Made by a program: the position numbers and the translations under genes
Assembly: GCA_038325765.1 (NCBI GenBank)
Contig: JBBQJI010000013.1
Coordinates: forward strand, 66,522-130,521
DNA: 64,000 nt
Reading direction: 5' to 3'
Origin: Nannocystales bacterium
GTDB lineage: Bacteria > Myxococcota_A > Polyangia > Nannocystales > Nannocystaceae
Notes under the pieces: model-generated
What the model was told of the DNA's origin: nothing
What the model saw: the letters and a program-made list of their open reading frames with translations, nothing else
Databases searched by the model: none
In this document: positions 38,954-48,140 of the stretch, piece after piece
Layout: the number at the start of each line of letters is the position of its first letter
Numbering within the stretch: the stretch's first letter is position 1

Positions 38954-39301
38954 CTACTCGCAGCCGAGGCCATCGCCATCGGCGTCGAGCCCGTATGCGT
39001 CCGGGCCCACCACCATCACGGGCGCCGCACCGAGGGCCACGACGTCGGGGCAGTCGAGCTCGTCGACGACGGGCAGACACGGCACGTACGACGGGTGGCA
39101 GTCGGGTTCGGTCGGCCCGTCGCCCGAGCTCGCGTCGTCGGCCTGCGACGTGTCGTCGATGCCATCGTCGATGTCGTCGTCGATGTCGTCGCCCGTCGAG
39201 CTCCCGCCGCCCTCGCCCTCAGCGTCCTCGGGGCCGAGCAGGGGCCGCGCGCAGCCGAGCACCAGCACGCACAGGCCGCCGACCGCCCCGGCCGGGCGCA
39301 T
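38954..39301 (-). CDS. Small acidic lipoprotein with C-terminal Excalibur calcium-binding motif
   Basis: ATG at 39301. Lipobox LCVLVLGC, acidic run DDIDDDIDDGIDD, and C-terminal DAYGLDADGDGLGCE (Excalibur D-x-D-x-DG-x-x-CE). Confidence 0.65.
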   Translation of the reverse strand: MRPAGAVGGLCVLVLGCARPLLGPEDAEGEGGGSSTGDDIDDDIDDGIDDTSQADDASSGDGPTEPDCHPSYVPCLPVVDELDCPDVVALGAAPVMVVGPDAYGLDADGDGLGCE

Positions 39302-40134
39302 CACCGGTACAGCGCCCTGCGCATCGTCGCGACCACCGACGCGGGCAGCGCGATCCCCAGCCACAGCTCGAGCCCGCGCACGCCCTGCCACAGCAAGGTC
39401 GCGAGGCCATCTTGTGTACGGGCGCCGCGGCGCGCGGCGTCGTCGAGCCAGCCGCCGTGGATACGGGGATAGACCATGTCGACGACTCGCGCGCCGTCGA
39501 CCAGCCGATCGAGCGGCAGCGGCGTGACGAAGTGTTCGGGGCCGCCCTTCATGCCGACCGTGGTCGCGTTGACCAGCAGCTCGCACGATCCCACGGCGTC
39601 GTTGAGTTCGCTGTAGCCGCAGCGCGCGACGCCGTCGAGCGCGGGTAGACGGCCCGGCTCGCGGCTGACCCACACGACATCGCAGGCCACCTCGCCGTGG
39701 CGCAGGGCGTCGATGACCGAGCGCGCCGCACCGCCGCCGCCGAGGACCACCGCGCGTTTCGGCGGCGCACCGCCGAGCTCGGCGAGGGCGTCGAGGAACC
39801 CCGCACCATCGGTGTTGTGCCCGACCAGCTCGCCGCGCCGGATCAGCACCGTGTTCATGGCGCCCGTCCGCGCCGCCTCGGGCGAGAGTCGATCCATGTG
39901 GGCTACCGCCGCGCGCTTGTGGGGCACGGTGAGGTTGAGCCCGCCCATGCCCATGCCGCGGGCGCCGGTGAGCGCGTTGGCCAGGGCGTGGGGACGCACG
40001 TGGAACGCGAAGTAGCGGTGCGGCAGGCCCAGCGCCGCGAACGCGGCATTGTGCATGTCGGGCGAGCGCGAGTGGCCGACGGGATCGCCGAACACTCCGA
40101 AGCAACGGCCGGCCTCGGCACCGAGATCATTCAT
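39301..40134 (-). CDS. aroE: Shikimate dehydrogenase
   Basis: FGVFGDPVGHSRSPDMHNAAF, NLTVPHK, and NTD...VVLGGGGAARS (NADP site). Confidence 0.9.
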   Translation of the reverse strand: MNDLGAEAGRCFGVFGDPVGHSRSPDMHNAAFAALGLPHRYFAFHVRPHALANALTGARGMGMGGLNLTVPHKRAAVAHMDRLSPEAARTGAMNTVLIRRGELVGHNTDGAGFLDALAELGGAPPKRAVVLGGGGAARSVIDALRHGEVACDVVWVSREPGRLPALDGVARCGYSELNDAVGSCELLVNATTVGMKGGPEHFVTPLPLDRLVDGARVVDMVYPRIHGGWLDDAARRGARTQDGLATLLWQGVRGLELWLGIALPASVVATMRRALYR

Positions 40135-41609
40135 GTCGTCTCCATGGGATCGTGCGCGTCGTCGGTGGTGAGATCGGGCGAGATCGCGGTGACGACGGCG
40201 GCGAGCGTACCGCGTCGCAGCCGGACATGGATCGCCTGGCCCGGCAACACGGCCCTGGTGTCGGTGAGCACGTGGGGCGTCTCGTCGGTCACGACGGCGT
40301 AACCGCGCTCGAGCACGGCGAGGGGTGACAGGGCGTGCAGGCTCGCGGCGGCGCGCGCCAGTCGCAGCCGGGGTCGCTCGACCAGGTGATGACCGCGGGC
40401 GAACAGCCGCTCGACCAAGGCGCGCAGCCGCGCCCGCCGGCTCGGCACCAGCTGCGCGATCGCTCCGCGCAGCCGCGCGTTCTGCCCGGCGAGCCGCTCC
40501 GCACCCGCGTCGGCGATGGTGCGGCCGTGGGCCTGCAAGCGAGCGAGCACCGCCGACAATCGCCGCCTGTCCCGGGCGATCCGCGCGCGTGGATGCTGCA
40601 CCGCCAACGCCCGCTCGGAGCGCCCGAGCCGGGCCCGCGCGCGCCCTGCCCTGCCGCGGACCACCGCGCCGAGGCGAACGATCCCGTGCTCGAGCCGCGC
40701 CCGCCGATCCAGGGCGTGGCGCAGCACCGCCGGGGCAAGTCGTGCGGCGAGACCCGAGAGCCGCTGCATCGCCGCACCTCGATCGGGCACCACCAGCTCG
40801 GCCGCCTGCGACGGCGTCGCGGCGCGGAGATCGGCGACGAGATCACAGATCGTCACGTCGACCTCGTGCCCGACCGCGCTCACCACCGGCACCGGGCACG
40901 CAGCGACGGCGTGGGCGAGACGCTCGTCGTTGAACGCCCACAGATCCTCGATCGAGCCGCCGCCACGACCGATGATGATCACCTCGACGCCCGGCCACGC
41001 CTGCAGGCGCGTGAGGGCCAGGCACAGCGAGCGCGGCGCGTCGTCGCCCTGCACCACTGCCGCGGCGAGCACGAAGTGGGTCGGGCAACGCCGAAGGGCG
41101 ACGCGCAAGATGTCGTGCAGCGCGGCGCCGTGGGCCGAGGTCACCAGCCCCACCGTGCGCGGCCACGGCGGCAGCGGCCGCTTGCGACCGGCCTCGAACA
41201 GCCCCATCGCCGCGAGCTTGGCCTTGCGCTGCTCGAGCTCGAGCATGCGCGCACCCAGACCGGCTGGCTCGGCCCGATCGGCGTACATCTGGAAGCGGCC
41301 CTGCTTGGCGAAGACGCCGACACGACCGGCGACGCGCAGCGACTGCCCGTCCTGGATGCGAAAGCGCAGCCGCTCGAGGGTCGAGCGCCACATCGCCACG
41401 GGCAGCATCGCCTCGTCGTCCTTGAGCGTGAAGAAGGCGTGACCCGCGGCGCCGACACGCAGATTCGAGACCTCGCCCTCGACCCAGACCATGCCGATGC
41501 GCGCATCGAGCGTCTGGTGGGCGAGGCGCACCAGCTGCCCGACGCTCAAGACGGTCGGACCGCTGCGCGCGGGCGCGCCGGGCCGGAACGAGAGCTCACC
41601 TTGTCCCAT
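40131..41609 (-). CDS. xseA: Exodeoxyribonuclease VII large subunit
   Basis: OB-fold N-terminus VWVEGEVSNLR...GHAFFTLKD, catalytic core IIIGRGGGSIEDLWAFNDE, and a coiled-coil tail. Confidence 0.9.
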   Translation of the reverse strand: MGQGELSFRPGAPARSGPTVLSVGQLVRLAHQTLDARIGMVWVEGEVSNLRVGAAGHAFFTLKDDEAMLPVAMWRSTLERLRFRIQDGQSLRVAGRVGVFAKQGRFQMYADRAEPAGLGARMLELEQRKAKLAAMGLFEAGRKRPLPPWPRTVGLVTSAHGAALHDILRVALRRCPTHFVLAAAVVQGDDAPRSLCLALTRLQAWPGVEVIIIGRGGGSIEDLWAFNDERLAHAVAACPVPVVSAVGHEVDVTICDLVADLRAATPSQAAELVVPDRGAAMQRLSGLAARLAPAVLRHALDRRARLEHGIVRLGAVVRGRAGRARARLGRSERALAVQHPRARIARDRRRLSAVLARLQAHGRTIADAGAERLAGQNARLRGAIAQLVPSRRARLRALVERLFARGHHLVERPRLRLARAAASLHALSPLAVLERGYAVVTDETPHVLTDTRAVLPGQAIHVRLRRGTLAAVVTAISPDLTTDDAHDPMETT

Positions 41610-41721
41610 CGCACGAGCCCGCGGCGCGAGAAGCCGTCATCCGCGGCGCATCCTAGCAGGTCTGCGGAAGCCGTCCCGCTGCTTTCTGGCCTTCGGGCCC
41701 GCGCCGCGCTCTACTTCCGCC

Positions 41722-42366
41722 ATGGACCTGCGAAAAGCCCTGGTGTGCATCGCCGCACTCGCGGGCGCGTGCTCGTTCTTCGAGGAGCTGCAGTCGGCCG
41801 AGTCGGCCGAGGACGGCGGCTCGGGCACCGGCAACGGCACCGGCAACGCGAGCAGCGGCAACGCGAGCAGCGGCACTTCCGACGGTGACGCTCCGTGCAC
41901 GATCGCCAGCCACGATCGCTGCCTAAATCAGGACACCTTGCAGACGTGCGACGAGCCCAGCGGCGAGGTCACGGTGTCGTCGTGCAACGCGCTGTGCACG
42001 GGCACGCTCAACTTCAGCTGCGTGATCGCCAGCGCCGAGGTCCAGCACGGCTGCTGGTGCGTCGTCCCTGGCGAGATCGAGCGGCTCAACTGCACCGAGC
42101 TCGAGGAGTGCCTGCTCGCGTGCTCGGCCGCGACCACCACCGCGTGCGCGGACGCCTGCTTCGATCGCACCGACGCCGGCACCATCCGCACCTACGGAGC
42201 GCTGGTCGCGTGCGCGCACCAGGGCTGCGACGACGGCTGCCGCGAGAGCCCCGAGGGGTGCTCTGCGTGCATCTCGACGGCCATCGCATCGGGCACCGGC
42301 GACTGCGCCCTCGAGCGGTCGGTGTGCGATGCCGATGCCCCGACCGACCCGTGGTTCCCGGAGTAA
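41722..42366 (+). CDS. Cys-rich lipoprotein
   Basis: ATG at 41722. Signal ALVCIAALAGAC (lipobox), a G/S/N/T linker, and about 24 Cys in 160 aa. Confidence 0.6.
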   Translation: MDLRKALVCIAALAGACSFFEELQSAESAEDGGSGTGNGTGNASSGNASSGTSDGDAPCTIASHDRCLNQDTLQTCDEPSGEVTVSSCNALCTGTLNFSCVIASAEVQHGCWCVVPGEIERLNCTELEECLLACSAATTTACADACFDRTDAGTIRTYGALVACAHQGCDDGCRESPEGCSACISTAIASGTGDCALERSVCDADAPTDPWFPE

Positions 42367-42369
42367 CCC

Positions 42370-43230
42370 ATGCCCGAGTGGATCGAGATCCCCGACGCCG
42401 CAGCGGAAGGCACTCGAGGCCGCGTCCGCGTCGACCGCCGCGCGCCGCCGCAGCCCTCGGACAAGGCCGTGGTCGTGCTGGTCGGCGGTATGACCCAGAC
42501 GCTGTCCAGCTGGGGCGCGCAGTTGCGGCCGCTCGCCGAGGATCGGCCCGTGCTCGCCTACGAGGCCCGCGGTCAGGGCTCGACCGAGCTCTCCCTCGAC
42601 GATTGCACCTTGGGCCGCCACGTCGACGACTTCGTCGCCCTGCACGCGGCGCTCGATCTGCCAGGCCCCGTCGATCTGTGCGGCTTCTCGTTCGGGGGCC
42701 GGCTCGCCCTCGCCGTCGCCGCGCGCTGCCCCCACCTGGTGCGGCGGCTGGTCCTCACCGGCGTGGCCCTCGACCGCGGCATCGTCGGCCGCCTGATCGT
42801 GCAGGGTTGGGTCGCCGCGCTGGGCACGGGCAATCTCGAGGCCCTCGCGCGCGTCAGCCTGCCCGACATCCTCGGCCCCGCGTACCTGGCCAAGCACGAG
42901 GCGCTGATCGAGCCGATGGTACGGGCGTCGATCGAGCGCAACCGGTATGCCGGCGTGCTCGCGCTGATGCGGGCCACGCTGGATCTGCCGCCGGACTCGC
43001 CGTGGGCGACGCTGGCCCTTGCCGCGCAGGTCCGCGCCGCGAGGGTCCCCACGGTGTGCATCGGCGGCGCGCTCGATCGGCTCGCACCCCCCGCCGACGT
43101 CGCGGCCCTCGCGACGCTGCTGGGCGCCGCCGCCGAGGTCATCGACGACGTCGGCCACACCGTCGCCATCGAAGCGCCGCACGACTGGCGCGCGCGCGTG
43201 GTCGCGTTCCTCGACGCGCGGGACGCCTGA
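42370..43230 (+). CDS. Alpha/beta hydrolase
   Basis: VVVLVGGMTQT oxyanion region, nucleophile elbow GFSFGG, and C-terminal DDVGHTVAIE (His). Starts 3 nt after the preceding stop. Confidence 0.75.
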   Translation: MPEWIEIPDAAAEGTRGRVRVDRRAPPQPSDKAVVVLVGGMTQTLSSWGAQLRPLAEDRPVLAYEARGQGSTELSLDDCTLGRHVDDFVALHAALDLPGPVDLCGFSFGGRLALAVAARCPHLVRRLVLTGVALDRGIVGRLIVQGWVAALGTGNLEALARVSLPDILGPAYLAKHEALIEPMVRASIERNRYAGVLALMRATLDLPPDSPWATLALAAQVRAARVPTVCIGGALDRLAPPADVAALATLLGAAAEVIDDVGHTVAIEAPHDWRARVVAFLDARDA

Positions 43231-43242
43231 TACACTCCGCCC

Positions 43243-44361
43243 GTGGCGGGTAACTCGTTCGGCCAGCGATTCCGCGTCACCACGTTCGGTGAGTCGCACG
43301 GCGGTGGTGTGGGCGTCGTCGTAGACGGCTGCCCTGCCGGCCACCCGTTCCCCAACGACCGCATCGCCGCCCAGCTCGCGCGCCGGCGCCCCGGCCAGCC
43401 CCTCACCTCGCAGCGCCGCGAGGCCGACGCCATCGAGGTGCTCTCGGGGATCGACCCCGACACGCAGCACACCCTCGGCACGCCGATCGCCATGATGGTG
43501 CGCAACACCGACGCCAAGTCCGGCGACTACACGTCGTTGCGCGACGGCTACCGCCCCTCGCACGCGGACTTCACCTACGACGCGCGCTTCGGTCTGCGCT
43601 TCGTCGCCGGCGGCGGTCGGGCCTCGGCCCGCGAGACAGTCGCGCGCGTCGCCGCCGGCGCCCTCGCCGAGGACCTGCTGCACCGCTGGCGCGGCATCGA
43701 GATCGTCGCGTGGGTGGACCGCGTCCACGACGTCGACGCGACGGACATCGATGGCGAGTCCCTCGACCGCACGCAGGTCGACGCCCACGCGGTGCGCTGC
43801 CCCGATGCCACCGCCGCGGCGGCGATGACCGCCGCGATCGAGGACGCGCGCCGGCGCGGCGACACCGTCGGCGGCATCGTGCGGGCGGTGGTGCGCGGCG
43901 TGCCGGCCGGGCTCGGCGAGCCCGTGTTCGACAAGCTCACCGCCGAGCTCGCCCACGCGATGATGAGCCTCCCCGCCTCGCGCGGCTTCGAGATCGGCGA
44001 GGGCTTCGCCGCCACCCGCATGCGCGGCACCACCCACAACGACGCCTTCATCCCCGCCCCCGAGCGGGCGCCCGGGCCACCGGTCGCCACACGCACCAAT
44101 CACAGCGGCGGGATCCAAGGCGGCATCAGCAACGGCGAAACCATCCGCTTCGCCGTGGCGTTCAAACCGGTGGCCACCGTGTTCGTGCCTCAGGACACCG
44201 TGACCCGCGATGGCGAGCCCATGGTGCTTCAATCGCGTGGCCGCCACGATCCGTGCGTGCTGCCGCGAGCCGTGCCGATGGTCGAGGCGATGGCGGCGCT
44301 CGTGATCGTCGACCAGCTCCTGCGCCAGCTCGGTGCGCGCGTCGAGGTGCTCGACCCATGA
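43243..44361 (+). CDS. aroC: Chorismate synthase
   Basis: GNSFGQRFRVTTFGESHGGGVG, RPGHAD-like segment YRPSHADFTY, and GRHDPCV. Confidence 0.95.
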   Translation: MAGNSFGQRFRVTTFGESHGGGVGVVVDGCPAGHPFPNDRIAAQLARRRPGQPLTSQRREADAIEVLSGIDPDTQHTLGTPIAMMVRNTDAKSGDYTSLRDGYRPSHADFTYDARFGLRFVAGGGRASARETVARVAAGALAEDLLHRWRGIEIVAWVDRVHDVDATDIDGESLDRTQVDAHAVRCPDATAAAAMTAAIEDARRRGDTVGGIVRAVVRGVPAGLGEPVFDKLTAELAHAMMSLPASRGFEIGEGFAATRMRGTTHNDAFIPAPERAPGPPVATRTNHSGGIQGGISNGETIRFAVAFKPVATVFVPQDTVTRDGEPMVLQSRGRHDPCVLPRAVPMVEAMAALVIVDQLLRQLGARVEVLDP

Positions 44362-44942
44362 GCTTCGAGGTGCTCCCTGGGGGCAAGCCGCGCCACGCCC
44401 CCGATCGGCGCATCCTCGCCGCCGGCGCGCCGCCATCGCCCAGCGTGGTGCCGCTCGACCTCGCCCGTCACCTCGAGTTCGGCCAGGCGCTGGCGTGGTG
44501 GGGCGACAAGTCGCAGATCGATCGCGGACCGATCATGGTCGCGGCGAGCCTCGTCGTGCTCCTGCTCGTGCTCGTCACGCTGTTCGTCCCGCAGTTCTGG
44601 CTGCAGCCCTTCGATCAGCTGTGGCAACCGCTGCTCGCCGTGAGCCTGCCCGTGGCCTTCGCCATCCTCCGCGAGCGCCTGAGCCGACGCGCGGTGATGG
44701 TCACGGACACCGCGGTGATCGAGGTCGACATGGAGGGCCGCAGCGCCAGGCTCGCCTTCGACAACGTGCGATCGGTGCGCCGCGACGTGCTGCGCGGCGG
44801 GCTACGGCTCGAGGGCGCCAAGGCGGTCGTGCGCATCCCCGGTCCGCTGGTCGACGACGCGCGGCTGGCCATCGCGAGCCAGCGACGCGGACGCGTGCAG
44901 ACCCGCGAGGGCCTCGACGATCCGACGCGGTGGCTGCCGTGA
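44358..44942 (+). CDS. Hypothetical membrane protein
   Basis: Its ATG overlaps the aroC stop (ATGA) and its stop overlaps the proB GTG (GTGA). Two TM helices: IMVAASLVVLLLVLVTLFV and LLAVSLPVAFAIL. No family recognised. Confidence 0.5.
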   Translation: MSFEVLPGGKPRHAPDRRILAAGAPPSPSVVPLDLARHLEFGQALAWWGDKSQIDRGPIMVAASLVVLLLVLVTLFVPQFWLQPFDQLWQPLLAVSLPVAFAILRERLSRRAVMVTDTAVIEVDMEGRSARLAFDNVRSVRRDVLRGGLRLEGAKAVVRIPGPLVDDARLAIASQRRGRVQTREGLDDPTRWLP

Positions 44943-46114
44943 CGCCGCCGCGCACGACGCTCGCCGCGGCACGCCGAATCGTGGTGAAGCTGGGCACGCG
45001 CGTGGTCACACACGACGGCATCGAGCTCGCCGCCGGTCGCGTCCACGGACTGGTCGAAGAGCTCGCGCGGTGGCGCCGTCGCGGGCTCGAGGTGGTGCTG
45101 GTCTCGAGCGGTGCGGTCGGCATGGGCATGCGCGCGCTCGCCCTGCCCGAGCGCCCGCAGTCGCTGGGTCTGCGCCAGGCCTGCGCGGCGGTGGGCCAGG
45201 GCCATCTCATGGGCCTGTACACCCAGGCATTCGCGCAGCTCGGCGTCACCGCGGCGCAGGTGCTGCTCACCCAAGATGATCTCGCCGATCGCGATCGGGC
45301 GCTGTGCGTGCGCACCACCTTGATGCGCCTGCTCGAGCTCGGCGCCCTGCCGATCCTGAACGAGAACGACAGCGTCAGCGTGCGCGAGTTGGTGACGGTG
45401 CGCATCGCCGACGGCGGTCAGGCGCCCGAGGTCGCGTTCGGTGACAACGACGGCCTGTCGGCCCTGGTCGCCCGCGCCCTCGATGCCGACCTGCTGATCC
45501 TGCTGACCGACGTGGATGGCCTGTACACCGCCAACCCCAGCGTCGATCCCGGCGCCACGCGGATCCCAGCCCTGGTCGGCATCGGCGGCGACGACGTCGC
45601 CCTCACCGGCGGCACCAGCACCGGGGGCACCGGCGGCATGGCGAGCAAGCTCGAGGCCGCACGATTGGTGACCGAGCACGGCATCCCGGCGGTCATCTGC
45701 AGCGGCGACACCCACAACGTGCTCGATCGGGTGCTCGCCGGCGACGACGTCGGCACCATCGTCTGGCCGTCGGCGCCCAGGCCGGCCCGGCGACGCACCA
45801 TCGCCCACGCGCCGCGCACCGGTGCACTCGTCGTCAACGACGGCGCTCTCGCGGCGCTGGTCGATCGCAAGGCGTCGCTGCTGCCGGTCGGAGTGCTCGT
45901 CGTCGAGGGCGCCTTCGAGCGTGGCGACGTCGTCGAGATCCGCGATCGATCCGGCCGCGTGTTCGGCCGCGGCCTGGTCAACTACGACGCCGCGGCCGCC
46001 CGCGCGCTGGCGGGCCACAATAGCGCCGAGATCGACGCGATCCTCGGCTATCGCGGCTACGATGCACTGATCACGCGCGACAACCTCGTGCTCACGGCGG
46101 GGGATCGCAAGTAG
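44939..46114 (+). CDS. proB: Glutamate 5-kinase with PUA domain
   Basis: RIVVKLGTRVVT, VVLVSSGAVGMG, ENDSVS, FGDNDGLSA, and a C-terminal PUA segment (GDVVEIRD...GRGLVNY). Start proposed at GTG 44939; the N-terminal extension of ORF 44333.. is rejected. Confidence 0.88.
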   Translation: MTPPRTTLAAARRIVVKLGTRVVTHDGIELAAGRVHGLVEELARWRRRGLEVVLVSSGAVGMGMRALALPERPQSLGLRQACAAVGQGHLMGLYTQAFAQLGVTAAQVLLTQDDLADRDRALCVRTTLMRLLELGALPILNENDSVSVRELVTVRIADGGQAPEVAFGDNDGLSALVARALDADLLILLTDVDGLYTANPSVDPGATRIPALVGIGGDDVALTGGTSTGGTGGMASKLEAARLVTEHGIPAVICSGDTHNVLDRVLAGDDVGTIVWPSAPRPARRRTIAHAPRTGALVVNDGALAALVDRKASLLPVGVLVVEGAFERGDVVEIRDRSGRVFGRGLVNYDAAAARALAGHNSAEIDAILGYRGYDALITRDNLVLTAGDRK

Positions 46115-46125
46115 GAGCAGGGGCG

Positions 46126-47436
46126 ATGGACGACAGACACGAGGCGATCGCACAGGCGGCCCGGGCCGCGCGCCGGGCGGGTTGGATCCTCGGCCAGATC
46201 GGCGGCCCCGAGCGCCGCCAGATCCTGCTGGCGATGGGCGACCTGCTCGAGCGACCCGATCTGCGCGGCGCCGTACTGCGGGCCAACGCCCTCGATGTCG
46301 AGGTCGCCGAGGCCGCCCGTCTTCGCGGTGAGTTCGGCCAGGCCCTCGTCGACCGCCTGGTGCTCGACGAGCGCAAGCTCGCGGGCGTGATCGACGGCCT
46401 GCGCCAGCTCGCGTCGCAGGCCGATCCGCTCGGCAAGGTCGCGGTCGACCGCGACCTGGACGATGGCCTACACCTGCGCCGCGTCGCCTGCCCGCTCGGC
46501 GTCGTGGCGGTGGTCTTCGAGGCCCGCCCCGACGCGGTGGTGCAGATCGCCGGGCTCGCCGTGCGCAGCGGCAACGCGGTGGTGCTCAAGGGTGGGCGCG
46601 AGGCCGCCCGCACCAACGCGGCGCTGGTCGAGATCCTGCGCCGCGCCGTGGCCGACCAGGGCTTCGATCCGGGCGCGCTGGTCCTGCTCGAGGATCGCGC
46701 CGACGTCGCCGTCATGCTCACGCTCGAGCGCGACATCGATCTCGTGGTCGCGCGCGGATCGTCGGAGTTCGTCCGCCACATCCGCGAAGTCAGCCGCATC
46801 CCCGTGCTCGCCCACGCCGAGGGCGTGTGTCACCTCGTGCTGCACGGCAGCGCCGATCCGACGATGGCCGCGCGCATCGCCGTCGACGCCAAGTGTGCCT
46901 ACCCGGCGGCCTGCAACGCGATCGAGACCCTGCTGTGGATGCCCGGGGCCGAGGCTGCGCTCGATGCATGCGTCGCCGCGCTGCTGGCCCAGGGCGTCGA
47001 GCTGCGGGCATGCGCAGAGACCCTCGCCCGCCATCCCCAACTCGTCGCCGCGGGCGCCGGCGATTTCGGCCACGAGTTCGGCGCGAAGATCCTCGCCATC
47101 GCCCGCACGGGCGATCTCGCCGGCGCGCTCGCGCACGTCGAGCAGCACGGCTCGGGCCACACCGACGCGATCATCGCCGACGACGACACGGCGGCGGCCG
47201 AGTTCCTCGCCCGCGTCGACGCGGCCTGCGTGTTCCACAACGCGAGCACGCGCTTTGCCGACGGCTATCGGTTCGGGCTCGGCGCCGAGGTCGGCATCAG
47301 CACCACCAAACTCCATGCCCGTGGCCCGGTCGGCGCCGAGGGGCTGGTCACCTATCGCTGGTTGTTGCGCGGCACCGGACAGATCGCCGGCGACTACGGC
47401 CCCGGACTGCGGCGGTTCAAGCACCGCGACCGCTGA
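46126..47436 (+). CDS. proA: Gamma-glutamyl phosphate reductase
   Basis: Aldehyde-dehydrogenase-like protein with VVLKGGREA, catalytic-Cys region AACNAIETLL, and GHTDAI. Confidence 0.93.
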   Translation: MDDRHEAIAQAARAARRAGWILGQIGGPERRQILLAMGDLLERPDLRGAVLRANALDVEVAEAARLRGEFGQALVDRLVLDERKLAGVIDGLRQLASQADPLGKVAVDRDLDDGLHLRRVACPLGVVAVVFEARPDAVVQIAGLAVRSGNAVVLKGGREAARTNAALVEILRRAVADQGFDPGALVLLEDRADVAVMLTLERDIDLVVARGSSEFVRHIREVSRIPVLAHAEGVCHLVLHGSADPTMAARIAVDAKCAYPAACNAIETLLWMPGAEAALDACVAALLAQGVELRACAETLARHPQLVAAGAGDFGHEFGAKILAIARTGDLAGALAHVEQHGSGHTDAIIADDDTAAAEFLARVDAACVFHNASTRFADGYRFGLGAEVGISTTKLHARGPVGAEGLVTYRWLLRGTGQIAGDYGPGLRRFKHRDR

Positions 47437-47438
47437 GA

Positions 47439-47690
47439 GAGCGACAGCGACAGCGACTGGGAGGGGGAAGGTTCCGCCGGGCTTTGCCCGGCGGAAGGGG
47501 GACCGGGCCGGTCCCCCAGAAGGACGGAGCGACAGCGACTGGAAGGGGCAAGGTTCCGCCGGGCTTTGCCCGGTGGAAGGGCGACCGGGCCGGTCCCCCA
47601 GAAGGACGGAGCGACAGCGACTGGGAGGGGCAAGGTTCCGCCGGGCTTTGCCCGGTGGAAGGGGGACCGGGCCGGTCCCCCAGAAGGACG
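47439..47690. repeat. Three tandem 82-88 bp REP-like units, each with two GC hairpins
   Basis: Units at 47439-47526, 47527-47608 and 47609-47690. Each contains ttccgccgggc-ttt-gcccggcggaa and gggggaccgg-g-ccggtccccc. The array starts 3 nt after the proA stop. A degenerate fourth segment with hairpin ccgcggaggc-gaa-gcccccgcgg follows, to about 47750. Confidence 0.9.
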
Positions 47691-47771
47691 GAGCCGAGGA
47701 GCGCAGCGACGGAGGGAGCGTCGGGCCGCGGAGGCGAAGCCCCCGCGGTGCCCGTGTCCACCCGCCCCGCG

Positions 47772-48140
47772 TTACGTGGGCAGCACCTCGGTGATCCGCA
47801 GGTTGGATCCCGACGTGCTCGGGTTGTGCCGCTCGACGTACGACTGCAGCTGCCGCTGCGCGGCACTGAAGGCGTCCCGTAGGGCGATGCCCATGTCCTC
47901 GTGCTCGGAGATCTGCGGATCGCGGGTCACGACGATCTCGTCACCAGGGACGGAGAGCTCGATCCGCACGTGGTACGTGTTGCCCTTGTGGTGATGCTTG
48001 TGGGGCGACTCGACGACCACCCGGCAGCCGGTGATCTTGTCGAAGAACTTGTCGAGCTTCGCGGCTTTCGCGCGAATCCGTTCTTCGATCTCGTCGGTGC
48101 GGACGACATTGCGGAACGTGATCTCGAGTGGCAGCTTCAT
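47772..48140 (-). CDS. hpf: Ribosome hibernation promoting factor / RaiA (short HPF type)
   Basis: MKLPLEITFRNV...EIEERIRAKAAKLDKFFDKITGCRVVVE...YHVRIELSVPG fits the YfiA/HPF S30AE fold pattern. Start at ATG 48140. Confidence 0.85.
   Translation of the reverse strand: MKLPLEITFRNVVRTDEIEERIRAKAAKLDKFFDKITGCRVVVESPHKHHHKGNTYHVRIELSVPGDEIVVTRDPQISEHEDMGIALRDAFSAAQRQLQSYVERHNPSTSGSNLRITEVLPT

Noticed and set aside
41923-44436. 837-aa minus-strand ORF across the hydrolase/aroC region
   Set aside because: It is a shadow of unambiguous plus-strand genes; aroC has canonical motifs. Its composition (G/R/A/D/H-rich) is non-protein-like.
44333-44938. N-terminal 202-aa extension of the proB ORF
   Set aside because: The extension is Arg/Ala/Pro-rich and non-homologous, and it overlaps aroC and the 44358 ORF. 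The conserved ProB N-terminus (RIVVKLGT) begins just after GTG 44939.
47439-47690. Possible CRISPR array
   Set aside because: The units are directly adjacent with no unique spacers. At 82-88 bp they are much longer than CRISPR repeats, and there are no cas genes in the window.
47394-47882. ORFs running through the 82-88 bp repeat array (46827..47882 +, 47417..47866 -, 47394..47633 -, 47566..47994 +)
   Set aside because: They are open only because the GC-rich repeats lack stop codons. The repeat units (82 and 88 bp) are not multiples of 3, so the repeated DNA does not yield a repeated peptide.
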